Source: Diplonema japonicum (Eukaryota > Protista > Euglenozoa: Diplonemea). Taken from it: a DNA stretch of 64,000 nucleotides. The stretch is from positions 1 through 64,000 of the forward strand of contig OZ025744.1 of assembly GCA_964019335.1 (NCBI GenBank), in the 5' to 3' direction. Under the pieces are notes generated by a model. The model was given only the letters and a program-made list of their open reading frames with translations. It made no database searches and had not been told where the DNA came from. Of this stretch, positions 32,397 to 42,705 are shown piece by piece. Made by a program: the position numbers and the translations under genes. The number at the start of each line of letters is the position of its first letter. The first letter of the stretch is position 1.

Positions 32397-34526
32397 CTAA
32401 GACTGCCTGTTGATCGAACGCTTCTCGGCGCGCAGCCTCTTAAGCAGTGCGCCTGGGTCTTCGCTGTCGGGTAATCTAAAGATGCTATTAAGGAGGGGGA
32501 CAGGCGAGGGGGTAGGGGCAGAAGGAGTAGGTGCAGAAGGTGACCTGCTGTGCGATGAGTGCTCTGTCTTGTCCGTCTTGGGAGTGGCTGTGTACACCTT
32601 GTTGCTGTAGTACGAGGTGCTGGGAGTAGCGAAGAGCCTACCTGTGGACGTGCACCTCACACTGCTCTTCTTGGGAGTGCTCTGCGGGCTTCTCACCGGC
32701 GTCAGGCTCACAAGCCCACAATGCTTTCTGTCGTCCGATGACACAGAAGCTGTTCGCCTTTTCGTAGACCGCCTCCCCTCGCTGTTACGCTGCGCCATGC
32801 TCTCCAGAGTCGCCATGGTCTGTTCCAGACTGCCTTTGATGGACCGCTGCTGCCAGGGCTTCACCACCTGTCCCTCTTCGTTCACCCTACACTGGTGCAG
32901 CATAGGCTTCTCAGGTGTATTATACTTCTCAGGCGACCTTTGTAAATGCCACGCGATCATCTCCTCATGCGTCTTCGGTGTCTGGATCTTTGGGGTCCCG
33001 TTCTGCGGTGAAGCCCGTGGCGTACACACCTCAGGGAGCAGCTGCTGGGGGCTCATCATGAATTCTTCCGGGATATCCTCCATGACTGTGCTCTTCATAG
33101 GAGTGTGTACCTCGATTGGAGTGGCTGCAGGTGGCGTCACACTCCGTGCGGGTGTCGGCGACGCCAAACCGAATGTAGTGCTTCTGCTTGGGGGTGTGGT
33201 CCACGCTTGCGTGTAGCTCTGCGTTGTCTCTGTGGGCGCGTAGGTCTCTTCCGTGTGCACTGTGTACCGCAGCACGCTTCCCTCAGTCGGTTGTGTGTAG
33301 CTGGTCATCGAAGTACTCGTGGCCTTACTGGCATCTAGGGCAGCATACTCTGCTTTGTCGACTGTTGCCCGTGTTATCGCAGCAACGGGCAAAGGAGAAC
33401 TCGGTGCTGCGGATGGCGTACTGCCCGTGTCCGATTTTACCTGGCTATACTCGTCGGTGAGCTGGATGCTGCTGTGAGTCATCAAGCCTACAATGGGGCC
33501 TTTCGCAGTACTCTGGTGCAAGGAAACAGCGGAATCGCAGCTTGTTTTGTGGCTATACCCCGCCTGTGTCTCGGCCACGCTGCTGCGCAGTTGGTCAGAG
33601 TGGAAGGACAACTCACGCGAGCAGCTCTCCCTTCTTGCCCATGTGGGCTGTGGTGCCACCTGAGATTCCTGGTCGTCAGCAGGCGTCAGGATGCTGCTGA
33701 ACACAGAGCCTGGCTCAGAACGAATGTCAGACGGCATCGGGCACCCTTCGATTCCGTAGTAGTCAGAGAAGAGCTTTTTATGCTCTTCCGTAGTAGGGAT
33801 CGTGTGCAGCTGCTGTGCGGTGAGGTGGTACAGTTCTAAGAAGGCTTCTATTTTTGCCTCACGGAGCTCAAGCAGCGCTTCCCTTTTGTCTAAGGCCTCC
33901 TCACGCACCTTTAAGGCGGCTTCTTTCTCTGCTGCGGACGAAATCACCACAGTAGTCGGCACCTTGCGCGCGTCTTTAGGAAGGTGCTGCTTCACGGCAT
34001 GGTAATTGAGAACTTGTGCGATGGTGGGCCGCGTGTCTTCCGTGGGCTCGGTAAGCTTTTTGATGAGGAAGCAGAGTTCGACCGGGTAGCTGGGCGGGTT
34101 TAGCGACGGGCCTAATGCCCGTTTAAAAACCTCCCCAAGGTCGTGCAAATCGGTCTTCTCATTGACGGTGGGAGGTGGTTCTAAGAGAGGAAGCTGAAAG
34201 TGAAGCCCGCTTGCGTCTACCATAACGTCATGTATGTCCCCATGGTTCAGTCCTATCTTCTTCAAGTCGTGCAACATGGTCACGCCCTGGACGATGAACT
34301 CCCACAGAGTGTTCTCCGGGATGTCCTTGCCCAAAGGGTTCCCCGCCACCTCTCGGCTCACTACCTTGCCATCGATCACGTCTAGCACTGTGGGGATGTG
34401 CTGGACACATGCGCTCTTTAGTTTTAGCGCGGCAGCAACACCTTCAACTCCCGTTTGTGTAACGCGCACACGGTCTCCGGACGCCGAGACAGTAGTGCCT
34501 TGCGTAGGGTTGAGGTATTTGTGCAT
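32397..34526 (-). CDS. Degenerate NEK/NIMA-like pseudokinase with coiled coil and long S/T/P-rich tail
   Basis: LNHGDIH, EKTDLHDLG, YPVELCFLIKKL…RPTIAQVL, then EAALKVREEALDKREALL; no DFG or Gly-loop. Confidence 0.6.
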   Translation of the reverse strand: MHKYLNPTQGTTVSASGDRVRVTQTGVEGVAAALKLKSACVQHIPTVLDVIDGKVVSREVAGNPLGKDIPENTLWEFIVQGVTMLHDLKKIGLNHGDIHDVMVDASGLHFQLPLLEPPPTVNEKTDLHDLGEVFKRALGPSLNPPSYPVELCFLIKKLTEPTEDTRPTIAQVLNYHAVKQHLPKDARKVPTTVVISSAAEKEAALKVREEALDKREALLELREAKIEAFLELYHLTAQQLHTIPTTEEHKKLFSDYYGIEGCPMPSDIRSEPGSVFSSILTPADDQESQVAPQPTWARRESCSRELSFHSDQLRSSVAETQAGYSHKTSCDSAVSLHQSTAKGPIVGLMTHSSIQLTDEYSQVKSDTGSTPSAAPSSPLPVAAITRATVDKAEYAALDASKATSTSMTSYTQPTEGSVLRYTVHTEETYAPTETTQSYTQAWTTPPSRSTTFGLASPTPARSVTPPAATPIEVHTPMKSTVMEDIPEEFMMSPQQLLPEVCTPRASPQNGTPKIQTPKTHEEMIAWHLQRSPEKYNTPEKPMLHQCRVNEEGQVVKPWQQRSIKGSLEQTMATLESMAQRNSEGRRSTKRRTASVSSDDRKHCGLVSLTPVRSPQSTPKKSSVRCTSTGRLFATPSTSYYSNKVYTATPKTDKTEHSSHSRSPSAPTPSAPTPSPVPLLNSIFRLPDSEDPGALLKRLRAEKRSINRQS

Positions 34527-34592
34527 GGTGACCCAACACCTGGTTATGCGTGTCGATAATGCAAGGATAAAAAAATTGAGGGAAAAAAAAAA

Positions 34593-35135
34593 CTATTTGT
34601 TTCCGCCCGCTGCGAGCCTTTTGATGCCTTCCTCGAGCGACGGAGACTCCTCACCGAGGATGTCGGTCACCAGATTGCGCACGCCTGCTGTCTCCATCTT
34701 GTAGGCGACGTTGCTCTCTCTCATCGATTCGATCTCCGCCTCCATACCCTCTAGCTGGTCCTCAAGGACCCTGTTTAGCTCTTTCTGCATATCGAGCTCC
34801 GACTTGTGTTGGTTGGGGCTGCTGGCTGCAACGTGAGCCTTCAGTAGCGAGGTGAGAAGCGTTGTCTTCTCCGATGCGGTAGGGCAACTCTTGATCCCCA
34901 CCTTCTCAAACAAGTTGTTCAGGAAGGCCTGTCGCCCTTCATCCAAAAGCTCCTGTCGGTTCACGCTGCTCGTGACCCCACAGCTCCCCTGCTTCGCTTG
35001 TTCTAGCTCCGCATTCCTCAGCACCAACCTCCTGTTGTCTTCGTTCGCCTCCTCCAGCTTCTCTCCCAGCCGCTCTACTTCGTCTTCTAGTTCACCTGCA
35101 AGCTGCTTCAAAACCTCCTCGGTGCTCCTCGCCAT
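34593..35135 (-). CDS. Hypothetical coiled-coil protein
   Basis: 180 aa E/L-rich ORF. Confidence 0.6.
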   Translation of the reverse strand: MARSTEEVLKQLAGELEDEVERLGEKLEEANEDNRRLVLRNAELEQAKQGSCGVTSSVNRQELLDEGRQAFLNNLFEKVGIKSCPTASEKTTLLTSLLKAHVAASSPNQHKSELDMQKELNRVLEDQLEGMEAEIESMRESNVAYKMETAGVRNLVTDILGEESPSLEEGIKRLAAGGNK

Positions 35136-35619
35136 ACTTTTTTCTTTTTTCCTCTTCTTCTTGTGTTCGCTGTCAAACTCTTTAAGAAATTGTTATCCTC
35201 AGGAAGCCCGTTCATGTGGATGAGCAGCCATGCTAGGTAGCATGAGCAGCATGGAGTCAGCAACACACGACTCTCGGGACATGCGCAGCAAGGTAGTGTT
35301 TGTAAAAATAAAACTTCATAATAAGGAAGGTACAACTGGTGGGTGGTCACTTGGGTGGGGGTTACATACTACGGGAGCAAAAGAAAGGAGTGGGGGCGTG
35401 GGATGGGGGGTTTTTTTTTTCACGTTTGCTACGAGTGACTGAAGAATGGGAAAAGGGGAGAACCGAAGAGCTGGCGAAACAGTTGAAAGGAAGAAAAAAA
35501 CAAGAGGGGAAAAAAAACCGAGCGGGTGGCATGTGTCGACCATCTCCACTTTTCTTTTTTTCCTCTTTTTTTTCTTTTTTTTTTCTCACCTTTTCTTTTT
35601 CTCGAACTTTTTCTTAAAA

Positions 35620-35666
<47 letters not shown>

Positions 35667-35762
35667 ACTCAATTATGTCAATAAAAAAAAAAAAAAAAAA
35701 AAAACTTTACCCTAATGAAAGGCAAGAATTCGGGCGGACAAAATCGGAAGAGAAGCAAGGCC

Positions 35763-36567
35763 TCACGCACTACTCTTCTCTTTCGAAGGCTGAGGGGGTG
35801 CAGGAGGGGCATTGGGGGCAAGCTCCACATCCCAGTAAGTAACACCGCCCTTGTCCTGGCCCCATCTGTAGTTGTTCTTCTTGCCCTTCTTGTTATCAAC
35901 AGGGTCCCATCTTACGGTGACCCAGCCCATGGTGGTATCCACGCCGAGGACGGTACCGAAGTTCTTCTCTCCTCCGTCCTGTGTTTCTGCTTTAAAACAT
36001 ATGTTTGTGCCATACCTGGTCGCCCCACTGCCAAGATTCGTCGTTCCTGCGCACACGCGAGCCAACAGACACGCTTGCCACCTTCTTCTCCAACTCAGCG
36101 TAGGCTGCTTTGTTCTCATCGATGGTGTCACTGATTGCCTGTTTTGATTGAAGTGGTGTATGGTGGTATACCTGCAAGAAACCACCCTTCTTCTCTTCTG
36201 CATTCTCGTCTTCTACTTTCTCTTTTTCCTTTTCTTTTTCCTTCTCCTTGACCTCCTCTTTCTCCTTCACTCTCTCGTCGTTGGTGCCATTTCGCGACTC
36301 AGGCTTCGTTTGCCTCCTCTGTGTCGGAGCCGGCGACTCGCTGTCCCTCCTTTCCTGCATCCATCCGTGCCCATTCTGCTGCCACTGCGGCGACGCATAG
36401 GCCCTCTCCCTCTTCTGCGACTCTTCCCTCTCCCTCCTTGTGCTGCGCCTTGGCGACCCCGAAATAAAGTCCCCTATGTCCTCCTGCACCCTTTGCCGGT
36501 GGTTGTCCATGTCCAGATCATCCAGCTCCTCCTGGAAATCCCTCTCTTCTTGCAGCAACGATGCCAT
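35763..36567 (-). CDS. Charged low-complexity protein with a C-terminal Mib/HERC2 domain
   Basis: After removing introns 36139..36171 and 35979..36015: VGSRVRRNDESWQWGDQDGGEKNFGTV…VTVRWD…NNYRWG…WDV. Confidence 0.8.
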
Positions 36568-36634
36568 GTTGTGTCAAACTGCAGCGGTCTTTTCGTAGTT
36601 TTCTTCTTTTCTTTTTGTTAAAAAAGTGAGAAAG

Positions 36635-36665
<31 letters not shown>

Positions 36666-36689
36666 TAGCGAGTTCCACAGAAGTGGAAG

Positions 36690-37544
36690 TCAAGCCCAAG
36701 GGTAAAGGGATGCACGGGGATCGGGGGAGGGGTTTTTAGTAGGGGGTGGTTTTCTGGGTTTAGGCCGCGGTGCCAAAGGGGGCGTGCGGTCCATGGCAGG
36801 GGTTGGTTTTATGTCGTAATGCGAGGTCTCTGGGGGGACGGGGATGGGCTCGGGCAGCAGCTCGTGGACTTGCAGTATGGCGGCCTGCTGGCGCAAGAGC
36901 TGCTGTTGCAGTCGGAGCTTGCCTTCTGTCATGCCGAAGGACCACCCTGCCGTGAGGGGTGCGTTCAGTCGGCGGTTCTGCTGGTGGTTGAGGAGAACGT
37001 CGTTGGCAGGCTGCTGGGCGACGGTGTTCTTCTTCTCATTGATCAAAGAAGGGCGTGTCGTGTTCACAGGCCTCCACCTTTCTTTGAGAGCAACGGCTGC
37101 CTTTTCCTGCGGAGCTTTCTTCGCCTTCTCGTTCGTGTGGTGGTGCTCTTTCTTCCGGGGTTTCTCCTTCCTCACCTCAAGAGACTTCTCAAGAGACCGC
37201 ATCAGAGTCGTGATGAGGCCCCACTGGGCTGTCATCTGGTCACGGCACACAGGCAGCAGTAGCAGAACGTCGTGGGTTGCTCCAAAGCACACATATTCAA
37301 GGGAGAAACGGAGGTCGCTTCCTTCTGCTTCGATAAGCACTGTGTCTCCTTCTTGAAAGGCCAGGCACAAAGAAGCGAAGAGGGATGGGTACGAAAAGGA
37401 AGGCCTGTCCTTCAGCAGGTGGTGGTGCCTGAAGGACCCGCACCAAACCGATGCTGCAGACGCCACTGTCAAACAGAAAACCCCCATCGTCTTGCTCTCT
37501 AAGCAGCACACCAAGCCATCCTTACGAAGGTACGAGATTTGCAT
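36690..37544 (-). CDS. Hypothetical protein (globular head, helix, Pro-rich tail)
   Basis: Coding-like ORF from probable ATG 37544; start uncertain. Confidence 0.5.
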   Translation of the reverse strand: MQISYLRKDGLVCCLESKTMGVFCLTVASAASVWCGSFRHHHLLKDRPSFSYPSLFASLCLAFQEGDTVLIEAEGSDLRFSLEYVCFGATHDVLLLLPVCRDQMTAQWGLITTLMRSLEKSLEVRKEKPRKKEHHHTNEKAKKAPQEKAAVALKERWRPVNTTRPSLINEKKNTVAQQPANDVLLNHQQNRRLNAPLTAGWSFGMTEGKLRLQQQLLRQQAAILQVHELLPEPIPVPPETSHYDIKPTPAMDRTPPLAPRPKPRKPPPTKNPSPDPRASLYPWA

Positions 37545-38181
37545 TTGTAGATTTACATACCTGGGGGGAAGGGGTACTTTACTTTTGTACGCTGTGTTTG
37601 AAAAAACAAAATAGAAAAGAAAGAAATTCAACGGAAACAGGGAGGGAAGGGGAACGGAAAGAAAAAGTGCCATTTTTTTTAAATCTTTTTTTGAGTTCTC
37701 TGCCAAAAAAAAAAAAAAAGAGAGAGGCAAAAAAGAAAAGAAAAAGAAGAAGAAAAAAAAATAGAATAAAACAAAGAAGTGCTTCGCAACAAAGATTCAA
37801 AAAGAATTTTCTACTTTTCTTGGTTCGAGTTGTCAGACCCTTTCTGGTGGACTCAATGATCAATCCAGGGACCAGACACCGGAAAAAAAAAGAAAAAGAG
37901 AAACACAACGGACCACGTTTTTCTCTATTATTTTTTTTATTCGCCCCTCCCTCCCCCCTTTGGAAAAAAAAGAGGAAAAAAAAGGAAAGGCGGCATCCGC
38001 GGAAGCGGGTTCCTTCTCATTTCAAAAGTCGTTTTTTTTTTTTTCTTTCTTTTTTTTTGTATGGTGTGTGTTTTTGTTTTCCCCCTCCCATTATTTCCTT
38101 CTTTTTTTTTCTCCTTCCCTACATAGGGTTCGGCTTCTTTAAAGGCATTTCCATGTTCTATATCTTTTTTTTTCTCTCTTG

Positions 38182-38324
38182 TTAAGTGACCCGGCCTTAG
38201 TCTAGTGGTTTCTTCCAGAGGGGCCCCCAGGGGCCGCAAAGGGAAAATCAAAAAAAGGTTCCCTGAAGAACTTTTTCCAGAATATCTTAGCCCGTCATTT
38301 TGCGATTTCTGATGGGTCACTTAA
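38182..38324. repeat. TTAA-bounded inverted repeat, candidate MITE
   Basis: GTTAAGTGACCC (38181-38192) is the exact reverse complement of GGGTCACTTAAC (38314-38325). Confidence 0.45.
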
Positions 38325-38617
38325 CGGATCCGGAGCGTAAATCTTTTCTTTGAGCTACAACACGATCAACGGTTCCAAAAAAAAAAAAAAAAAAAAGATC
38401 ACGGCGCACAAGGGAGAGGAAGGGGGAGGGGGGGATTTTTTTGATTATAGCACTGATTAGGATAACTTCTTCTTTTTTTTTTTTTTTCTTCCTCTTCTTC
38501 CTTGCTAAGAGTTGTCTGTAAAAACAACCTCTTTTTTTTTTTTTTCTTCTTTTTTTTTTTTCTAACTCTAAAAAAAAAAAAAAAAAAAATAATAATAATA
38601 ATAATAATAATAAATAA

Positions 38618-41600
38618 CTACCACAAGAACGGGTGGAGAAGGAGATCCTCCGCCACAGGTCGGACTTCAGGATCCCGCAAGAAGCACTTACTACAGAAGT
38701 CTGACGCATGCTGGGACAGTGTAGGGGGTATCTCCGGTATCACCTCATCTCGCGACAAAGTCTTAAGGAAGGCGCGAGCTTGGAAAGGTGTTGGCAGCGT
38801 GTAAGGGAGCTTCCCTGCCAGCAACTGAACAACGGAAACACCCGTTGCCCAGATGTCAGAAGCCGCCACTGTAAAGCCTCTCGCTGCCTCAGGGGACATA
38901 TACACTGGTGTCCCCACGATGGGACCTTGCGTGTTAGTGTTTTGCAGGTCTAGTGCAGACGACGCTCCAAAATCTGCCAGTTTGCACTGTCCATCCACAA
39001 GAAGCAGCACGTTATGCGGCTTCATATCTCTGTGCACGATGCCCTGCTTGTGGAGGAACTTAAGACCCTTCAAAATATCCTTCAGGTACCTTTGTGTACT
39101 GGGGACCGGGAGCGGGCCGAACTCCTTCAAAAGTGAGTACAGCGACCCTCCGGGTAGGTACTCCATCGCCATAACGATGTACCCCTCGCTCAGACCGGAG
39201 CCGATGAACGTCACGATGCAGTCGTGTCTAAGCTGTGCCAGCATGCGGAGCTCGCCCAAGAGATTGCTCAGTCTCGATTGCATCTTCGCGACGTCGTTGC
39301 CCGTCGGTACTGCGATGGTCTTCAGTGCGACCAGACCTCCGTCCTCGCCCATTCCCGCCCATACGCTTCCGTAGGCTCCCTTGCCGAGCAGTTTGTCCGA
39401 CCGCTGCCATTTCGCCCCCGCCTGGTCCACGAACGACCTCGGCACAATGCCCCCTGGTACGATGTTCGTGGCATCTTTCAACTGTTGCTCGATCGCCGCC
39501 GCACCTCCGTCGCCGCCTCTCGGCGACATCGCACCGTCGGCCACCTCGATCGAATTATCATTCAGCTCTTCCTTCAGCACCTGCTCCCACGATCCATTCC
39601 CCTCCATCGCCTCCCATCCGATCATCTTCCTAGAATACTCACCATGCGACACCATGTCGTGCATGCTATTGGCCAGCTGCAGAAGACGGCTCCCCTGGTT
39701 GTCAGCAGGATTCTCCGCCAAGTAAGTAGACAATGTTGATATGGCGTCCCCGTAGCGCCCCTGCTTGATGGCGAAGAAGGACTCTGTGATCTGCTGGTGT
39801 TCCCCGGAGTTGGTTGAGTTCGCACCCAGCAGCTCGTAGATGAGACTCGTAGTGCAGAGGAGAGTCACGTTGTCGATGGGGCGTGCGTTGATCTGCGCCT
39901 TCGCCCGTGCAAAGGTTTCTTCAGTGATGGCTGCCTTGAGGCCAAGCCTCCTCACAAGGGAGGGTAGGGACTTACTCAGATGGAAGGCAGGACCGGAGAC
40001 AGACACAGTACGCGTGGTGCTATCGCCTATACTGCCGACGAGGAGCTTACCAGTGTCTATACCCACATTGGCGTGGGGGGCTAGGGACGAGCCGGTGTAG
40101 CAAGAGTGAATGGCGTGTCGTGGGTCGGCTCTGTGTGTGTTCCACGCTGCAACACATGAGTCTGCTGCGAGTTGTATTACAGTTCCTTCGAAGCTCCTGA
40201 TGGTCTCCAGCACGTTCTTCACGAAGATCGTGTGTGAGCCGTCCGTGTCGACGAGCACTGTGTCGTTGTTGTTCTCGACAACCATAATGCTGGCCGTTCG
40301 TATGCGCAGCCCAAGCTGCAGGCGCTTCACTGCACTCGACGGGGAGCTGAGGACCTCCTTGGTCGAGGAGCTCCTCTTCGAGGGTGGGTTCAGCACATTC
40401 GCACTTTCATCGATCGAGTCGATCAGTGCTGTGCTTTCCTCCGACTGCAGCACTGCCTGCGGCACGAAAGCGCGGTGCTCCTTCAACAGCTTCACCATCA
40501 GCTTGAACGAACTCTGCATGTCTGTGATTTCATAGAACTTGGACTCCTTCATAGCGCCGATGTCCTCCAGCTGCATCAGCCCCGCAAGGGCCATCTCTCC
40601 TTGCAGGACTTTCAAGGGCTCCGTGATGCTCTTTGCGAACAGAATTGCGCAGAGGCCCATCAGCAGACAGATGCCCAGCACGATAACGACAAGGATGATC
40701 ACCCTGTCATCGCGTCCCGACTGCACGCTGTCAGAGGTTTCCGCTACCACGTTGAGGAGGCGCTGGTTCATGAGGAGAAGTGGCTCGAGCAAGGACTCTC
40801 GTTGCATAGCTTGCACGATCCACCACCTGATCCCTACCCCTGCAGAGCTGCCAGTCTGCGGGTTGAGCGAGTCGTACAGCCTCACACGGGCGATATACGT
40901 TGATCCGTTGACTGTAACGAGCTCCTCTGCCTGCTTGCTCATCCCAGAGTAGCCTATCCCATTCTCGAAGGTCTCGGCTAGACCGCTGATCACAGCGTTC
41001 GGGGATTCTGTGGCCTTGATAGGAATGGGTATCAGGGTGTTAAGGGATGTTAAGGGGTCGTACCGCAACTCCTCTTTCACACCGGGGCCGTGCGAGGTGC
41101 CAGCCATAAGCCCCACGGTGCTCCCATCCCCTAGGTCGCTTGCCACCACTGCGAAGATGTGCAAAGAGTGCGCGTCGTAGCACCCGTGTTTCGTGTCCCA
41201 TTTGCAGGTCGGGTTTGAAGTGAGGCAGGTCATCTCTGTGGTGTATGGGTCACATGACACGAATTTCTTCAGGAAATCTGTCACAAGACGCATGTCGACG
41301 GCACTGGTGATAACGCCTGCCTTCTCTGTGGTGCCCGACACTGCGAAGGGGCGAAGCACGACGAAGGCGGAGTAGATTGAAACCTGGACAACAGGAGTCC
41401 AGATTGAGACCCCGAGGGTGCCTGTCATGCCGATGTCGTACGTGGCACCAAGTACAGCGGTCCAGTCGATGTCGCACCTGCCATTGACTTTGCACTGAGC
41501 GCTGGTGTTCGACAGGAAGATGTCATAGCAGGAACAGTTCTGGAGATTGAACCGAGAAGGGTCACTAGCAGACACAAAATAACTCAGCGAGGCACCTTGG

Positions 41601-42079
41601 GGGTTGTTGAAGATTCTAATCAACTCGTTGCTTGTCACGGTGCGCAGCACGATGTGCCCGTATGTCTTCGTGTTGAAAATCCCTGTCAGCACCAACCCAT
41701 GCGGGGAGAACTGAGCCATGTCCGCCTGGAGATCGTGACCCAGTTTTTGCATGAAGCCTTCTGACTCGTACTCCCGATTTACAAAGCTTTCTAGATAGTT
41801 GGCTGTTCTTCCTATTTGATGAGAGAATCTCAGAAGAAACGCATGGAGATTGCTCTCCACGTGAGTTGTAGTTACAGCTAAGAGCTGCCCCGCCCACGAC
41901 ACCACCGCCTGCTCGATGTCGATGAGGCTTTCGTTGATCCCAGCTTTGTACGCGTCTTCGGTTTCGGCAATCCCCTCGTCACCTGACTGCACCCCAAGAA
42001 CCACGCTCACTGCAGCAGAGACCACGACGCATATGATGCATAGAAGCGCAACAGCGTTCGTCACCGATAACGCGTGCAT
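38618..42079 (-). CDS. Receptor-type protein: TM, extracellular sensor region, TM, HAMP-like, degenerate class III cyclase, MAP3K-like Ser/Thr kinase
   Basis: Two hydrophobic helices; ITEPLKVL…EITDMQSSF; DSCVAAWN…VGIDTG…VGSIG; kinase motifs GKGAYG, VALK, HRDMKPHN, DFG, GTPVYMSPE. Confidence 0.85.
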   Translation of the reverse strand: MHALSVTNAVALLCIICVVVSAAVSVVLGVQSGDEGIAETEDAYKAGINESLIDIEQAVVSWAGQLLAVTTTHVESNLHAFLLRFSHQIGRTANYLESFVNREYESEGFMQKLGHDLQADMAQFSPHGLVLTGIFNTKTYGHIVLRTVTSNELIRIFNNPQGASLSYFVSASDPSRFNLQNCSCYDIFLSNTSAQCKVNGRCDIDWTAVLGATYDIGMTGTLGVSIWTPVVQVSIYSAFVVLRPFAVSGTTEKAGVITSAVDMRLVTDFLKKFVSCDPYTTEMTCLTSNPTCKWDTKHGCYDAHSLHIFAVVASDLGDGSTVGLMAGTSHGPGVKEELRYDPLTSLNTLIPIPIKATESPNAVISGLAETFENGIGYSGMSKQAEELVTVNGSTYIARVRLYDSLNPQTGSSAGVGIRWWIVQAMQRESLLEPLLLMNQRLLNVVAETSDSVQSGRDDRVIILVVIVLGICLLMGLCAILFAKSITEPLKVLQGEMALAGLMQLEDIGAMKESKFYEITDMQSSFKLMVKLLKEHRAFVPQAVLQSEESTALIDSIDESANVLNPPSKRSSSTKEVLSSPSSAVKRLQLGLRIRTASIMVVENNNDTVLVDTDGSHTIFVKNVLETIRSFEGTVIQLAADSCVAAWNTHRADPRHAIHSCYTGSSLAPHANVGIDTGKLLVGSIGDSTTRTVSVSGPAFHLSKSLPSLVRRLGLKAAITEETFARAKAQINARPIDNVTLLCTTSLIYELLGANSTNSGEHQQITESFFAIKQGRYGDAISTLSTYLAENPADNQGSRLLQLANSMHDMVSHGEYSRKMIGWEAMEGNGSWEQVLKEELNDNSIEVADGAMSPRGGDGGAAAIEQQLKDATNIVPGGIVPRSFVDQAGAKWQRSDKLLGKGAYGSVWAGMGEDGGLVALKTIAVPTGNDVAKMQSRLSNLLGELRMLAQLRHDCIVTFIGSGLSEGYIVMAMEYLPGGSLYSLLKEFGPLPVPSTQRYLKDILKGLKFLHKQGIVHRDMKPHNVLLLVDGQCKLADFGASSALDLQNTNTQGPIVGTPVYMSPEAARGFTVAASDIWATGVSVVQLLAGKLPYTLPTPFQARAFLKTLSRDEVIPEIPPTLSQHASDFCSKCFLRDPEVRPVAEDLLLHPFLW

Positions 42080-42482
42080 TCTTTCTTTCTCTTTTATGCA
42101 AAAAAAAGAGAAGAAAAAAAAACTGCGTGTGTTGAGTTTGCCGCAAAAAGAAGAAAAAAAAGACCTCCCCCCCGAACCTGAACGCACTGGAAACGAATCT
42201 TAGCGAATCCGAATTTCCTCATCCGGATGACCGCGCTGGAGAACGAGAACGGTCCATAGCAGAATACATAGGCTGTTCACAGGAAGCAATGAAAATCGTT
42301 CGACAAGTAGAAGATCACGACCGACCTTTCTTTCTTTTCCGCCCGAGCTCTGCTCGGTCCTGCACCGCTTGGAGGTGCGCCGGGTTTTCTTGCGGATGCC
42401 CCCCGGGAAGAAAAAAACAAATACATATTTACTAACTAAAAAAAAAAACAACAACAACAAAAAAAAGAATTAAACTGCTAAC

Positions 42483-42674
42483 TTGACCCTTGTAAAAGCT
42501 TACCTTCAGTCCCCTTAGTTTCATAAACGTTTCATAAGTCGCCCCCCCCCCCCCCCCCCTTTGATTTTCAAAATATTCTAGCTTTTGAAAACCAAGGGAG
42601 TGACTGCTGACTTTGAGCACATTGGTAACTAAGGGGCTGATTTTGAGCGTTTCAAGAAAAACCTGGGGGGTCAA
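42483..42674. repeat. Nested imperfect fold-back (~190 bp)
   Basis: Pairs TTGACCC/GGGTCAA, CCCCTTAGTT/AACTAAGGGG and TTTTCAAAA/TTTTGAAAA are all centred near 42574-42578. Confidence 0.5.
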
Positions 42675-42705
42675 CACAAAAAAGAAATAATAATATTCTA
42701 GCACC

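Noticed and set aside
37200-37544. XRCC4/SAS-6/CCDC61-like head domain
   Set aside because: Only a vague secondary-structure resemblance; needs a profile search.
42190-42410. GC-richer island as a possible snRNA or other ncRNA
   Set aside because: No U-snRNA, tRNA or SL motifs recognised; probably the 5' UTR of the kinase gene.
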